From NCBI GenBank assembly GCA_044870765.1, contig JBIOZG010000043.1, forward strand, positions 40,080 to 104,079: a stretch of DNA of 64,000 nt, given 5' to 3'. The first letter of the stretch is position 1, and every line of letters begins with the position of its first letter. Under the pieces are notes generated by a model, which was given only the letters and a program-made list of their open reading frames with translations, was not told where the DNA came from and searched no databases. The stretch comes from Nitrososphaeraceae archaeon. Its GTDB lineage: Archaea; Thermoproteota; Nitrososphaeria; Nitrososphaerales; Nitrososphaeraceae. This document shows, piece after piece, positions 10,241-20,657 of the stretch. Made by a program: the position numbers and the translations under genes.

Positions 10241-12964
10241 CTAATTTGACCAGAACAATTCATCCAAGTTGCTCTGTCTTGGTTTACCAATTATGGATTT
10301 GAAATTTACGTCCAGGGCAGTTAATAGCTGGTCAAAAGTTGTTTCCATTGCCTCCAAGTATTTTTCAGTATCTATTTCTTTATGGGTTGCTAATTCAACT
10401 GGCTTGACCCCTTCAGCAGTCTTTGTTTTTACATAAGAGATTATGTCACCTGCCTTAATTTCTCTACCATTATCGGAGAACTGCATTGCAGCCTTTATGT
10501 GCTGAGGAATTCCCTTGATTGAATTCGTATAGGAATCACGGCCATCTATTGATGTTATTCTAACAGTTTCATTTGTCTTTTTGCCATATTTTTCTGGAGA
10601 CTTGTTTATCATGACATTAAAAGAAAGTTCCTCCAAAGGATATTTGTCTGTCTCTAATTTTTTTGCGCTGTCTTTAATAAGTTCTTTAATTTTCTCTCTA
10701 GCAGTATCAAAGTCCTTTTCTGTATTGACTTTACCCAATATTTCTAGCATATCATAAAATGTTTTTCTAATAAAAGCCGGAGTGTGAGACTTTTTGCCAG
10801 TCAGGCCTTTTACATCAACCGTTCCGTCCTTCAAGACGCCTAGGTAATTTTTCTTGAGGTTGTTAAATACGACATAGCGATACTCTTTGTCCAGTTCAAG
10901 ATCTACTCCCTCATTGGCTTTTGCCCATTTTGAAATTTCATCTACCTTTCCTTCAGAAGGATTTCGTAAAAACAATGAATCGGTATCTCCGTACACAACT
11001 TCTATGCCAGATTCTTTGCATTTCTGTATTGTACTGGTAATAATATTTCTTCCAATAGCTGCGGTGGCATCGGCAACTGGCAGACAGTACAGCGGAAATA
11101 TTTCAGCTCCCATAACACCATAGCTTGCATTTAGAATAACTTTAATTGCCTGACTAACAACTGTGTATAGTTGGCGTTCCTCTGGCGAGATTGTTTTATC
11201 TTTTGAAAGTTGTTTATAGTAGTTAACTCGAAGATCTCTCAGTGACCCTATTAGAAGGGAGGTTATTCCTTTCTTCTGATTGCATGTCCAGTAATCAGTA
11301 TCAGGAATTTTTTGATTGGGATCTTCCCTGCATGACTCATGTGGACAGTTTACTGTTTCATACGATAGATTATGGACCTTTATAATGCTAGGATACAGAC
11401 TGGCAAAGTCAAGCACTGATACGTTGAAGTGGATTCCTGGCGTCGGCTCTACCACAAGTCCTCCCCTATACTTTTTTTCTTTAATAATTGCTGACGAAGA
11501 AGCCTGTCCCTTGAACCGGAGCTCTTCACTCTGAGGAATCAGCGCGTTAATCTTTCTGTGCTCATAATACAACATTCCCCTTATCCATTGGTTGACACCC
11601 ACTCTAGAGAGGTCTTCAACAGAAAGTCGAGATATTCTGGCAATTACAAACAGAAGTTTCAGCAAGAGACTGTCATTGAAGTTTGTAAGTCTAAAAGTTA
11701 ATTCAGTGTCCTTAAGGCAGTATTGAGCCAATTTCTGAATAGGCAGATCACTGATGTTTCCATCAAATTCGATTTTAGTATCATTAAGTAGTGCTTCTGA
11801 TATTGCATTAAGCCTAAATTCCGAATATTTATGACTAAAGGCGTAAATTTGAATCGACCTATTTTGAAATGTTCTAAATAAATCAATATGAACTCCATGT
11901 TTTAGCTGAACTGGTTCTGTCTGGATTCCTTTCTTTACGAATGAATCCCTCTTTACCACTAGAGGGATTTCTTCTTTTGGTATAATGCTATGGTTAACAG
12001 GATCAATTTCAGGATCTTGAGACCTCTCATAAAGGTATGGAAGATCAAAATCATCACCATTAAAGGTAACTAATACGCTATATGACCAGATTACATGGAA
12101 TGTTTTTTCTAAAAGCTCTTTTTCAGTCTTGCACATTTCTGCTTCTGGTATTAACTCTGTTCCATCGTTGGGATTTTTGTCTTGATCAAGAAGAAATATT
12201 TTTCGTAATCCATCATTTGATACGATACCAACTGCAGTAATTTTTCTGTCGTGTTCTCGCGGAACAGGCATTCGCCCCTCTTCTGAATCTACTTCAATAT
12301 CAAGGGCTATTCTTTTAATTTCGGGTATGGGTTGATTCAGTAAATCTGCCCATTCTCTCACGTATTCTCGATACTTGTCATTTCTTGCCTCTTTGCTTTC
12401 GAGGATTTTATCCCAGAGAAAATTTTTAAGGGCATTGTGTACTATTTCGGACATTTTATACGGGTCTTCTACTATTTGGTCTCCTTTCCTCGTATAGTAT
12501 GAACCTGGAATTAATCCGGTATCATAAAGGTAGTTTTCATGATATTTGATGTTGGCTTCCCAAACATTGAGTTTTTCTCTAATGCCACCCTTTCCACCTA
12601 TTGACAGAGGGTCAGGAGCTATTATTTTTATTGCTTGAATTTCTTTGTCCAGCATTAGATCTAATTTTGGTATTATTTTTAACTGGAATTTCTTTTCAAT
12701 TGCTGCGATTTCTTCCGCCCTTGCCTTGTTTTCCAATTTAGTATAACAATAAGGTTTATGGTCCGTTTTATCTTGCCAAAAGTAAATCACGTGCAAAGTA
12801 GGATCGTAAAATTTCAGTTGAACTTTCTGGTTTTCACCAGAATAAATTGCTGATATTAACATGACACGAGTATTTTCTGGAAGCTCCTTCCAATAGCTCA
12901 GATTCTGTTTATCATTTTGAAGAAGGGGCGATTGATCCATATGACTCACTGGGATTAGTTTCAA
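10241..12964 (-). CDS. polB: Family B DNA polymerase (PolB1)
   Basis: Exonuclease motifs DIEV and FNGDDFD; polymerase motifs DFASLYPSII, KVILNASYG and YGDTDS. Confidence 0.97.
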   Translation of the reverse strand: MKLIPVSHMDQSPLLQNDKQNLSYWKELPENTRVMLISAIYSGENQKVQLKFYDPTLHVIYFWQDKTDHKPYCYTKLENKARAEEIAAIEKKFQLKIIPKLDLMLDKEIQAIKIIAPDPLSIGGKGGIREKLNVWEANIKYHENYLYDTGLIPGSYYTRKGDQIVEDPYKMSEIVHNALKNFLWDKILESKEARNDKYREYVREWADLLNQPIPEIKRIALDIEVDSEEGRMPVPREHDRKITAVGIVSNDGLRKIFLLDQDKNPNDGTELIPEAEMCKTEKELLEKTFHVIWSYSVLVTFNGDDFDLPYLYERSQDPEIDPVNHSIIPKEEIPLVVKRDSFVKKGIQTEPVQLKHGVHIDLFRTFQNRSIQIYAFSHKYSEFRLNAISEALLNDTKIEFDGNISDLPIQKLAQYCLKDTELTFRLTNFNDSLLLKLLFVIARISRLSVEDLSRVGVNQWIRGMLYYEHRKINALIPQSEELRFKGQASSSAIIKEKKYRGGLVVEPTPGIHFNVSVLDFASLYPSIIKVHNLSYETVNCPHESCREDPNQKIPDTDYWTCNQKKGITSLLIGSLRDLRVNYYKQLSKDKTISPEERQLYTVVSQAIKVILNASYGVMGAEIFPLYCLPVADATAAIGRNIITSTIQKCKESGIEVVYGDTDSLFLRNPSEGKVDEISKWAKANEGVDLELDKEYRYVVFNNLKKNYLGVLKDGTVDVKGLTGKKSHTPAFIRKTFYDMLEILGKVNTEKDFDTAREKIKELIKDSAKKLETDKYPLEELSFNVMINKSPEKYGKKTNETVRITSIDGRDSYTNSIKGIPQHIKAAMQFSDNGREIKAGDIISYVKTKTAEGVKPVELATHKEIDTEKYLEAMETTFDQLLTALDVNFKSIIGKPRQSNLDELFWSN

Positions 12965-13037
12965 ATATGAAAAAAGGATAATTATCTTTTGCTACTGGAA
13001 CATAATTTTGTAAGATAAATTGTGTTTTGCAGTAGGG

Positions 13038-14000
13038 CTAGATAGTTATCATGTTGCCATCTTTTTCTTTTCTTTTAATGGCAAAAATGCCCACAGCGTA
13101 TAGCCCAATCATTGGTAGTGCAACAAACCACATTGTTACACCGCTTCCATCTGGTGTTATTACAGCACCAAAGATTGTAATGATTATTATTGCATATCTA
13201 AAGTTTTTTTGCCAGAACCTTGAATCTGTCAGACCACTCAAAGATAGTCCATACATTAATACTGGAAGCTGAAAGGCTATGCCAAAACTCAATATGAATT
13301 GAAGTACAAATGTTATAAAATCATCGACCGTCAGAAATGTCTCGGCGCCAATTGATTCTCCATATTTGTAGAGAAAGTTGAGTGTAAATGGGATTACAAA
13401 AATGTAGCAGAATACTACACCGAATATGAATAAGACAAATATTGGCAGGATTATTTTGAGGATCTTTGATTTTGAAAATGGCAAGCTGATTTTTTTGCCT
13501 TGTTCTGCTATCGATTCCTCATAGCTTTGTATAACATCATTAGAATCTTGTTCGCCTAATGCCGCTGCTCCTTTATCTTTAGTTTTTCTTTTGCTTAATA
13601 CTTGATTAAATGCCGGGGAAAAGAACCCAAATATTTCCCTGATGACGACGGGAAGGGAACAAATCAAACCTATTAGCAAGGAAATGTGAACCTGTGCAAA
13701 GAACACTTGACCGGGGGCTGTTTGGATAAACTCTACCTCCGGCGGAAGTAACGTATCCTTCATAAAAACTGTCAACTGGAGGGCTATGTTGTCAAAGGGG
13801 GCTGGATATGGATAGTATATCGTTAAATTATTTTGCTGTCCTCCTGCATCCAGCGATGGAAGTTCAATTGGTATGACTGCCGACTTTATACCAAAACTCA
13901 TTGAAAAGATAGTGATTATAGCGATGCAAATTACGATATGAATTATTCTAATTCGTAATTCATCGATATGTTCACCTATTGACATTCCAGATGAAGACAT
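13038..14000 (-). CDS. tatC: Twin-arginine translocase subunit TatC
   Basis: M..GEHIDELR.R, FG.AFQLP and A.ITPD motifs; multi-TM. Confidence 0.93.
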   Translation of the reverse strand: MSSSGMSIGEHIDELRIRIIHIVICIAIITIFSMSFGIKSAVIPIELPSLDAGGQQNNLTIYYPYPAPFDNIALQLTVFMKDTLLPPEVEFIQTAPGQVFFAQVHISLLIGLICSLPVVIREIFGFFSPAFNQVLSKRKTKDKGAAALGEQDSNDVIQSYEESIAEQGKKISLPFSKSKILKIILPIFVLFIFGVVFCYIFVIPFTLNFLYKYGESIGAETFLTVDDFITFVLQFILSFGIAFQLPVLMYGLSLSGLTDSRFWQKNFRYAIIIITIFGAVITPDGSGVTMWFVALPMIGLYAVGIFAIKRKEKDGNMITI

Positions 14001-14158
14001 TAAGATGTTCGCAATTAGGCAATCAGGATATAATAATTATATTGATGCGAGTTTGTGCTATTGTTTACAGAACGTATTGAATCAACTTGTGAGGAGATCA
14101 ATTGGCTCGATAATTTCATATCTAAATCCTTTTAGAAGGTGAAAACCAATAGCTGTTC

Positions 14159-14476
14159 ATGCAATATCACAAGGCTTCTATTCTTGGTCATGAACGATCT
14201 AAAAAGGCGCAGCTAAAGCTATTTGATTACACTGGATATGCCATGTTAACGTACACCACAAAACAAGATGGCAATGGGTTTGCTCCTGTTGGTGAAGAAA
14301 TGCTAGTAGCTAAAATGGAAAGGGAAGCTGGGGCCATGCTGTTTCTGTGTGATAATGATGGTTACGCCAAGGCCCAATCAAAACCGTTACCAAAAGATAA
14401 AGCCGAAGAAGCATATAAAAAAATGTTAAATGACGGCATTCCTGAATTTAAGGGTCAGATAAAGACAGTTTCATAA
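14159..14476 (+). CDS. Conserved hypothetical protein
   Basis: Clean 105-aa ORF with normal composition, divergent from tatC. Confidence 0.7.
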   Translation: MQYHKASILGHERSKKAQLKLFDYTGYAMLTYTTKQDGNGFAPVGEEMLVAKMEREAGAMLFLCDNDGYAKAQSKPLPKDKAEEAYKKMLNDGIPEFKGQIKTVS

Positions 14477-14678
14477 TTTTGTAGCTCGGAATTGCTGACG
14501 CACATTATGAGGCAGTGGAATATTTAATGAACCACAATTCGAGTTTGTATATTATATTATACTCTAAATCTAAAACATGAGCGTTACTCTTTACAATAAC
14601 TTTCAAAACAATGTATTGCGATAATTGCGATAAGTTATGAACTCCACTAATAGCATACCTAGAGAATATCAAACGAAG

Positions 14679-15386
14679 CTAAGTAGTAATCTTTGTTCCA
14701 CTTTGACTATTTTTCATTACAAGGTTCCTAATGACTCTGGGGTCTGATTTTATGACCCATGTAGGAATTTTGGATCTCTCTATTACCTTTAATGCAACTA
14801 TATCCATAAGATCGTAACTTCCTGCCTGGGTGCTCTCAGTATTCAAGAGGTCCATGCATTTTTTTATCGTAATTTCTTTGAACATTTTTGCTTTAGGATT
14901 CTTGTTTGGATCAGAATCATAAATTCCGTTTACATCTGTTGCATTTAGGAATCTGTCAGCTTTAATTTTTTCGCAAATAAGCGCCGATGTGGCGTTTGTA
15001 CTCTGACCTGGATGAAGACCGCCACTGACTATTATTTTTCCTGATTCACAGGCAATACTCATTTCTTCAAGGTTGGTAGGAATAACGGGATAAACAGAAT
15101 CTCCTAGGGCTGCAGACAGTAACTTTGCATTTAACCTCGATATTTCAATACCCATTATGTCAAGACTACTTTCATCAGAACCCAGTGACCTTGCCAGGTT
15201 AACATAATTCCTGGCAATTATTCCACCTCCAGATACTACAATTGGTTGCACCCTGGTTTGCATTTCAAGTAAAAGTCGAGCGTATTGCCTCAGCGATTGA
15301 GATGTAGTCTTGAAATTAAAAACGCTACCACTTAATTTTATGACTAGAATTTTCTTCTTTTGTTTTAATGTCTGGGAATTCTTCAT
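14679..15386 (-). CDS. pyrH: Uridylate kinase (archaeal type)
   Basis: VIKLSGS, VSGGG..AR.Y, PGQSTN and T.VNGIYDSDP motifs. Confidence 0.93.
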   Translation of the reverse strand: MKNSQTLKQKKKILVIKLSGSVFNFKTTSQSLRQYARLLLEMQTRVQPIVVSGGGIIARNYVNLARSLGSDESSLDIMGIEISRLNAKLLSAALGDSVYPVIPTNLEEMSIACESGKIIVSGGLHPGQSTNATSALICEKIKADRFLNATDVNGIYDSDPNKNPKAKMFKEITIKKCMDLLNTESTQAGSYDLMDIVALKVIERSKIPTWVIKSDPRVIRNLVMKNSQSGTKITT

Positions 15387-16624
15387 TGCTTTTCGGGTAG
15401 CTCCTTATCTAACACATCTTTTGATATTTTTGTAATTTTTTTTCGATCCTTATGGTTGGTATATACCCTTATCATATCAAGATAACCTGTTATTGAGTTT
15501 ACCAAAGGCAGATTAGAAACTGGTTGTTTAAAGAATTCGTCCTCGCTAACAAGAAGTATTGATTTCATTTCTTGCTTGTTTGGCGCAAGTGGCACTAGTG
15601 AAATGCCATACGTATCAAGAAAAATTTTTTTCTCATCAATATTAGCCAATCTTGCAATTTCCAATCTCAATTCTTCAATTTTATCTCTATTTAACTTTGT
15701 ATAATTGTCTCGTTTTCGAATAAATCTTTCATAAACACATTTGAGTAACCTCCTATCCAAATAATTGGAAATCATTTCTTGTGCAACTTTGTTATTTTGT
15801 GATGATGAGATGCTGCAAATTATGCTTTCATCTGTTAGGTTAAGATAATCAGTCAACGATAATCCTCTTAGGTTCAATATATCACTTGAGAGCAAGATAG
15901 AGTGCAATAGCATGACTTCAGCAGATCGAACTGTCTTGTGAAAATAGACTGCCCGGAACATCTCAAAACGGGAAATTATCATTGATTCAAAAGAGTAAAA
16001 GGATGAGATGTCCAAAGCTAGGCTTTTACTATCAGTTACCCTGAATGAATTAATAATCCTGTTATAATCGACTTTTCCGTACTCCACTCCCGTAAAGAAT
16101 CCATCTCGAGGAAGATAATCCATAAGGTCCGACGAAAGACTTCCTGAAATTATTTCATTTTTGAATTTCACTTTTGAATTACCAAAAGAAATCTCACTTA
16201 TCGTTTGCGGAGAAAAGCCATAATCAGAAAGAATATCACCTAATTCAGTCTTACATATTATTTTGGCCCCAAGAGTTTCATGATTACTGTTGCCTGTAAC
16301 CTTTAGTGCTTCTTCAAAGAGATGTGAAAAAGGTCCATGACCAATGTCGTGTAGTAGAGATGCTACTCGCAACTCCTGAATTGATTCTTTGTCTATTACC
16401 CCTATAGAAAATAGATGTTCTCCTGCCAAGCCTGCCACATGCATTGTTCCTAAAGAGTGTTCAAACCGTGAATGTTGGGCTGCCGGATAAACCAGATGAG
16501 CGCCCGCCAATTGTTTAATTCTTCTTAATCGTTGAAAAACGTTTGAATCAATTATCCTTTTTTCGAGCTCTGTAAACCTGATAAACTTGTGAATAGGATC
16601 GGTTATTTCTCCAACGAATTTCAT
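15383..16624 (-). CDS. HD-domain phosphohydrolase (dNTP triphosphohydrolase-like)
   Basis: FQRLRRIKQL, HSRFEHSLG, LLHDIGHGPFSH, D.MDYL.RD, VYFHK. Confidence 0.92.
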   Translation of the reverse strand: MKFVGEITDPIHKFIRFTELEKRIIDSNVFQRLRRIKQLAGAHLVYPAAQHSRFEHSLGTMHVAGLAGEHLFSIGVIDKESIQELRVASLLHDIGHGPFSHLFEEALKVTGNSNHETLGAKIICKTELGDILSDYGFSPQTISEISFGNSKVKFKNEIISGSLSSDLMDYLPRDGFFTGVEYGKVDYNRIINSFRVTDSKSLALDISSFYSFESMIISRFEMFRAVYFHKTVRSAEVMLLHSILLSSDILNLRGLSLTDYLNLTDESIICSISSSQNNKVAQEMISNYLDRRLLKCVYERFIRKRDNYTKLNRDKIEELRLEIARLANIDEKKIFLDTYGISLVPLAPNKQEMKSILLVSEDEFFKQPVSNLPLVNSITGYLDMIRVYTNHKDRKKITKISKDVLDKELPEKQ

Positions 16625-16656
16625 ATCGTGTAAATAGAATTGAACACCACACTGAA

Positions 16657-17244
16657 TTAAATTTTCACGGTATTTCTTACTATTCTAAGTACCTGACTAT
16701 GAACATCGTCGACTGATTTTTCTCCGTCAATAACATACCACTTGAATTTTTTTGCAAGAACTCTGTATGACTTTTTTACTTTGCGAATTAACTCGAGGTC
16801 TTTTTCAAAAGTATCAATGACACTATTTTTAGATCTAGTAACCAGTGTATCTGTCTTGATATCTATGACTATTACAAGATCTGCTTTTGGTAATCCTTCA
16901 TCCAACGCAACAAGCCAGTCTAACTCCAATCCCTTTGAGACTCCATATACCAGATTGGATTGATAGTATCTGTTCATGATAATTGTGGTCCCTTTGGCAA
17001 GTACACTGTCTATTTCGGTCTTTTTCTCCCATCTGTTTGCAGAAAGAAGCATCATTTTCACCTGATCTGAATAAACTCTTTTACCATCAAGAAATTGCTT
17101 TATCTCTTTACCAATTGGAGTAGTATAATCGGGGAAATCAAATTTGACACACTTGCTTTTGAATTTCCTCATTAGTAAATTTGCCTGTGTTGTTTTGCCT
17201 GCCTTGTCAATTCCTTCTATTACAATGATCTTACCCTTACGCAA
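16657..17244 (-). CDS. tmk: Thymidylate kinase
   Basis: IVIEGIDKAGKTTQ P-loop, FPDY and NRYYQS; likely TTG start at 17244. Confidence 0.92.
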   Translation of the reverse strand: MRKGKIIVIEGIDKAGKTTQANLLMRKFKSKCVKFDFPDYTTPIGKEIKQFLDGKRVYSDQVKMMLLSANRWEKKTEIDSVLAKGTTIIMNRYYQSNLVYGVSKGLELDWLVALDEGLPKADLVIVIDIKTDTLVTRSKNSVIDTFEKDLELIRKVKKSYRVLAKKFKWYVIDGEKSVDDVHSQVLRIVRNTVKI

Positions 17245-17461
17245 ACACTTTGTTTGAAATGAGTCATAAATAAAAAGTATGTTAAAATCAATTAAGAAAC
17301 AATAGCAATCCACTCCTCTTGCCTACCAAGCTTGTACAAGTTAATCTATTTGCTTTGTAATCGTCCTGTACGTGAGTTCGTCAAATCTCAAAGTTTTTTC
17401 TTATTTCTGATTGCTTCATTCACTCAAACTTGTAAAGTAAAGCAGTTCAGCTTGAGAGACT

Positions 17462-17992
17462 TTATCCACAGTCAATATTCCCTTCGAAACTTCCTTTCCA
17501 ACCTGAGTCAGCTCGAACTTGGACTTTTCCGTTATTTCCGCAGTCGCCATGGATTGAAATGTTTGCCTTTTTATCTAATCCACAAATATTACTTGTCGTC
17601 TCTTTACCTTCTAAATCATAGTTTTTCTTGTCTATTTTTCCAGAATCAAGGTAGCCGCCATTGCTTGTCTTATCATCAGAAGAGTCATCAAGAACTACTT
17701 CCCAACTTCCATAGATAGGAGAATCTTTCAAAAATGCACTGAATGAAAGTTCGCCCTTTTCTGACTTGCCGCCAGGACAACTGATTGTGCCATCTCCATT
17801 TCCCGATGTCTCCAATCCATGAGCTACATGAGCTACATGAGCTACAGTAGCGGCAGAAAACAAGGTAACCATGAAAAGTAGTAATACTTTTACTTTAATT
17901 CCATCCACTAAATTCATCATTCTGTCTGGAATGCAAAATAATTTATATATTATGTAGAGTGGTTCCAGATCATAAATAGGAAAAAATGACAC
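17462..17992 (-). CDS. Secreted hypothetical protein
   Basis: Signal-like hydrophobic stretch, 4 Cys, 9-bp tandem repeat encoding VAH x3; true start probably near 17920. Confidence 0.65.
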   Translation of the reverse strand: MSFFPIYDLEPLYIIYKLFCIPDRMMNLVDGIKVKVLLLFMVTLFSAATVAHVAHVAHGLETSGNGDGTISCPGGKSEKGELSFSAFLKDSPIYGSWEVVLDDSSDDKTSNGGYLDSGKIDKKNYDLEGKETTSNICGLDKKANISIHGDCGNNGKVQVRADSGWKGSFEGNIDCG

Positions 17993-18040
17993 GAATCATT
18001 TAATACTTGACAATATCTTAATAAAGTTTATCATTGATGA

Positions 18041-18065
18041 TTATCATCGCCGACTATCTTTTGAT
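18041..18065 (+). repeat. Left copy of imperfect direct repeat flanking amoC
   Basis: ttatcatcGCCGACTATcttttgat, compared with ttatcaagGCCGACTATatttgat at 18922. Confidence 0.65.
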
Positions 18066-18169
18066 CCGTCTAAATTTATTATGTATTCTGTGATTCTAGA
18101 AGAATAATTGGCAAAAGTATGCACCTATAATACAAATTTTATATTGGATCTTCCAGTTTTTATATCTTC

Positions 18170-18183
18170 AAGTTATTATAAAG
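18170..18183 (+). promoter_or_regulatory. Putative TATA box of amoC
   Basis: TTATAAA at 18176-18182, about 28 bp upstream of the ATG, as expected for a short-leader archaeal transcript. Confidence 0.5.
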
Positions 18184-18209
18184 GATCGATGAATTACGTG
18201 TGAACTAAA

Positions 18210-18773
18210 ATGGCACAGATGCCGACTCTAATTCCAAAAGAAGTAGAAATCCAGAGATTAAAGAAAATCTACATTATGGTCATTATGCTGGGTTCAATCG
18301 CAGCATCCGTAGAAGTAGATAACTTTGTTGATGGATCTCTTCATCAAACCGCAATTAGAGACAGCGCATTTACACCAGCTCATTGGTGGTTATACAGTCA
18401 CTTTATAGCCTTACCGTTAGGTTGGGGATTTGTGGCAATGTATGACAGAAGGGTACCCGTACTGAGGGGTCCTGGAAACTCAATGAACACTGGTCTAAAG
18501 ATAACCATCATAGGCTATCTTGCAACCATGTTTACAATTGGTGTAAATGAATTGTGGCACTTTTGGTTTGTGGAAGAAATTTTCTCAGTTCCAAACCACT
18601 GGATGTTTAACATGGGAGTCGTAGTGGCTTTCATGGGTGCTCTCGCATACGTAGTAAGAGTATACGCACGTCTAGTAGAATTGGGCGCTGAAACTCCTGG
18701 AAAGAACCCATACGTGGCTGAAATGTACAAGCTTGCACTTGAAGGAAAGCTGTACAGCAGATCTATTCCATAA
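18210..18773 (+). CDS. amoC: Ammonia monooxygenase subunit C (archaeal)
   Basis: MAQMP.LIPKEVEIQRLKK; DGSLHQT.IRDSAFTPAHWWLYSHF with the D/H/H metal site; ELWHFWFVEEIF..PNHW. Confidence 0.98.
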   Translation: MAQMPTLIPKEVEIQRLKKIYIMVIMLGSIAASVEVDNFVDGSLHQTAIRDSAFTPAHWWLYSHFIALPLGWGFVAMYDRRVPVLRGPGNSMNTGLKITIIGYLATMFTIGVNELWHFWFVEEIFSVPNHWMFNMGVVVAFMGALAYVVRVYARLVELGAETPGKNPYVAEMYKLALEGKLYSRSIP

Positions 18774-18814
18774 GCTAACTGTCACACTGTCGATAAAAGC
18801 AGGAAAAAGACGAC

Positions 18815-18830
18815 CTTTTTTTTCTTTTTT
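18815..18830 (+). terminator. Oligo-T archaeal terminator after amoC
   Basis: T-rich run (T9-C-T6) about 40 bp after the stop codon. Confidence 0.55.
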
Positions 18831-18921
18831 AAAAATAACTCCTAGTGGACAGTATGGCCTCTACAAAGTTTCACATTTGATTTTTGTATCCATTAATGCA
18901 CTGCACCATGTGAAATGCAAT

Positions 18922-18947
18922 TTATCAAGGCCGACTATATTTGATAA
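18922..18947 (+). repeat. Right copy of imperfect direct repeat flanking amoC (with TTATCAA/TTGATAA inverted arms)
   Basis: ttatcaa-ggccgactatat-ttgataa; matches 18041-18065. Confidence 0.65.
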
Positions 18948-18980
18948 TATTCTTATATAGAAATATGCATTAAACAGTAG

Positions 18981-19760
18981 ATGGCTGATAATTCTGGATT
19001 TCCTTTAAAAGTTCTTGAAAACGAAATACAAGATAAAGATAGAGACATCGTAAGAATTGATCCGGAAATAATGCGTACGCTAAACATTGCTGAGGGCGCA
19101 GTTGTTAATATCGTTGGTCCTAAAAATAGCGCCAATATTATTTGTCTTTCATTGCACCCTACTGATGAGATCAAAGATAATAAGAATAAGAATTACAATA
19201 AAAAAATCAACAAAAATACAAATGATAAAATAATTCGAATTGATGCCAAAACAAGAGATTCTATTGGTACCAATATAGGGGATTATGTCTATATCAAGAA
19301 AATTGTTCTGGCTGAAAATGACAACAGACCTGGGAGGAAGAACACTGAGTTAACTGATAATACTGCAAATTCCATAATAATAAATGGATCTTGTATTAAT
19401 TTTGATAAAGAACGTCCAAAGATAATGGAATTCCTGGGATCTCTTCAAAAAGAAGTACATATGGACAGTATCTATTACAAGTGTTATGCTAATGGCAAAA
19501 AAACTCTAGGATGGGATTTTTTTCATGTTGCCCTGGACTTGAGACTGGTACAAAGATTGATTGAAATACACCCTGAAATTAACAAGCAGGAAGCAGCAAG
19601 TATTGAAGAACGATTCGTGCTCTGGTTATATGCAAAATTTAGAAAAAGAAAACTGGATTATCACATGAAAGTTAGCGAAATCCCTTACGAATCGGTAACC
19701 GGATTTCGACTAAACCCAAATGATTTCAGGAATATTGAAGATATGGAAAGTATGCGTTAA
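18981..19760 (+). CDS. CDC48/VAT N-terminal double-psi barrel domain fused to an unknown domain
   Basis: LKV......D...VRID...M..L.I..G.VV.I.G and IRID...R..IG..IGDYV.IKK; no Walker A/B motifs. Confidence 0.7.
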   Translation: MADNSGFPLKVLENEIQDKDRDIVRIDPEIMRTLNIAEGAVVNIVGPKNSANIICLSLHPTDEIKDNKNKNYNKKINKNTNDKIIRIDAKTRDSIGTNIGDYVYIKKIVLAENDNRPGRKNTELTDNTANSIIINGSCINFDKERPKIMEFLGSLQKEVHMDSIYYKCYANGKKTLGWDFFHVALDLRLVQRLIEIHPEINKQEAASIEERFVLWLYAKFRKRKLDYHMKVSEIPYESVTGFRLNPNDFRNIEDMESMR

Positions 19761-19793
19761 CTTTTCCTAAACACAAAACATTACTTTTTCAAA

Positions 19794-20657
19794 ATGAAGA
19801 TACCAGACGAAATTTTACATTATCTAACCGAAACCCATAACTCGGAAATGGCATTAGTAGGTTGCCGGGCCGATGCTCCCGATGTATCTTATGACTGCTG
19901 TGAGTATGATATTGCCATATTTGGAAATAATGAGCCATACCCCCAAAATAAAATAGTAAAACTTGGAAAAGATACAATGGAATTTCAGGGGTTTCCGAAA
20001 CAGAGTAATGACATTTCACATTACAAAATGATACGAGTAATAACTGGCGATTTGTTGATTTCACCACCACGCTATTCGGAGACAGACATTAAAAGATCGT
20101 TTAAGGCGGCCGGGAAGAGGAGAATTGTTGATGCGCTGTTTAATGTATCTAAAAATAGTATCAATAAAGAAGCAGAATTAAATTCTCCATTAAACCTCAA
20201 GATAGCCGCTTACGGTCTGCTTGAAGGTATCCTACTGACATCTGAGGTAAGGCCAATGCCTATTCATGAATTAAACCAATTGCGACAGCTTGAAGTAAAA
20301 AAAGATATCATAAATGAAGCGATTCAAACCTGTATTGAATGTCTGGGAGTAGAAAGGGCAACAAGGACAATACTAAACCGATCGTTTCGAGCTCTAAAAG
20401 AGATTCTCAAGGAAAGATATGACGTCGAGTTATTATCATCAAAAATTGAATTTTTACTAAATCATAAACTTTTAGCTGATTGCTATTACTATATTGGAGG
20501 ACTCGTATGCAGTCATCTTGAGCAAAAAGATAATTCATCTCAAATGAACTACTACAAGCTTAACAGCATAGCTTTGGACCTTACAAGTGATTATGAAAAC
20601 ATAAAGAAATTGTCTGCGCTGATAAAACGCGACTGCAAAAATTTGCTGAAAAATTAA
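19794..20657 (+). CDS. Conserved protein with nucleotidyltransferase-like N-terminus
   Basis: LVGC......DCCEYDIAIF resembles the minimal nucleotidyltransferase G..D.D motif; helical C-terminus. Confidence 0.6.
   Translation: MKIPDEILHYLTETHNSEMALVGCRADAPDVSYDCCEYDIAIFGNNEPYPQNKIVKLGKDTMEFQGFPKQSNDISHYKMIRVITGDLLISPPRYSETDIKRSFKAAGKRRIVDALFNVSKNSINKEAELNSPLNLKIAAYGLLEGILLTSEVRPMPIHELNQLRQLEVKKDIINEAIQTCIECLGVERATRTILNRSFRALKEILKERYDVELLSSKIEFLLNHKLLADCYYYIGGLVCSHLEQKDNSSQMNYYKLNSIALDLTSDYENIKKLSALIKRDCKNLLKN

Noticed and set aside
18210-18773. A full amoA-amoX-amoC-amoB cluster
   Set aside because: The neighbouring ORFs show no AmoA/AmoB/AmoX features; amoC is alone here.
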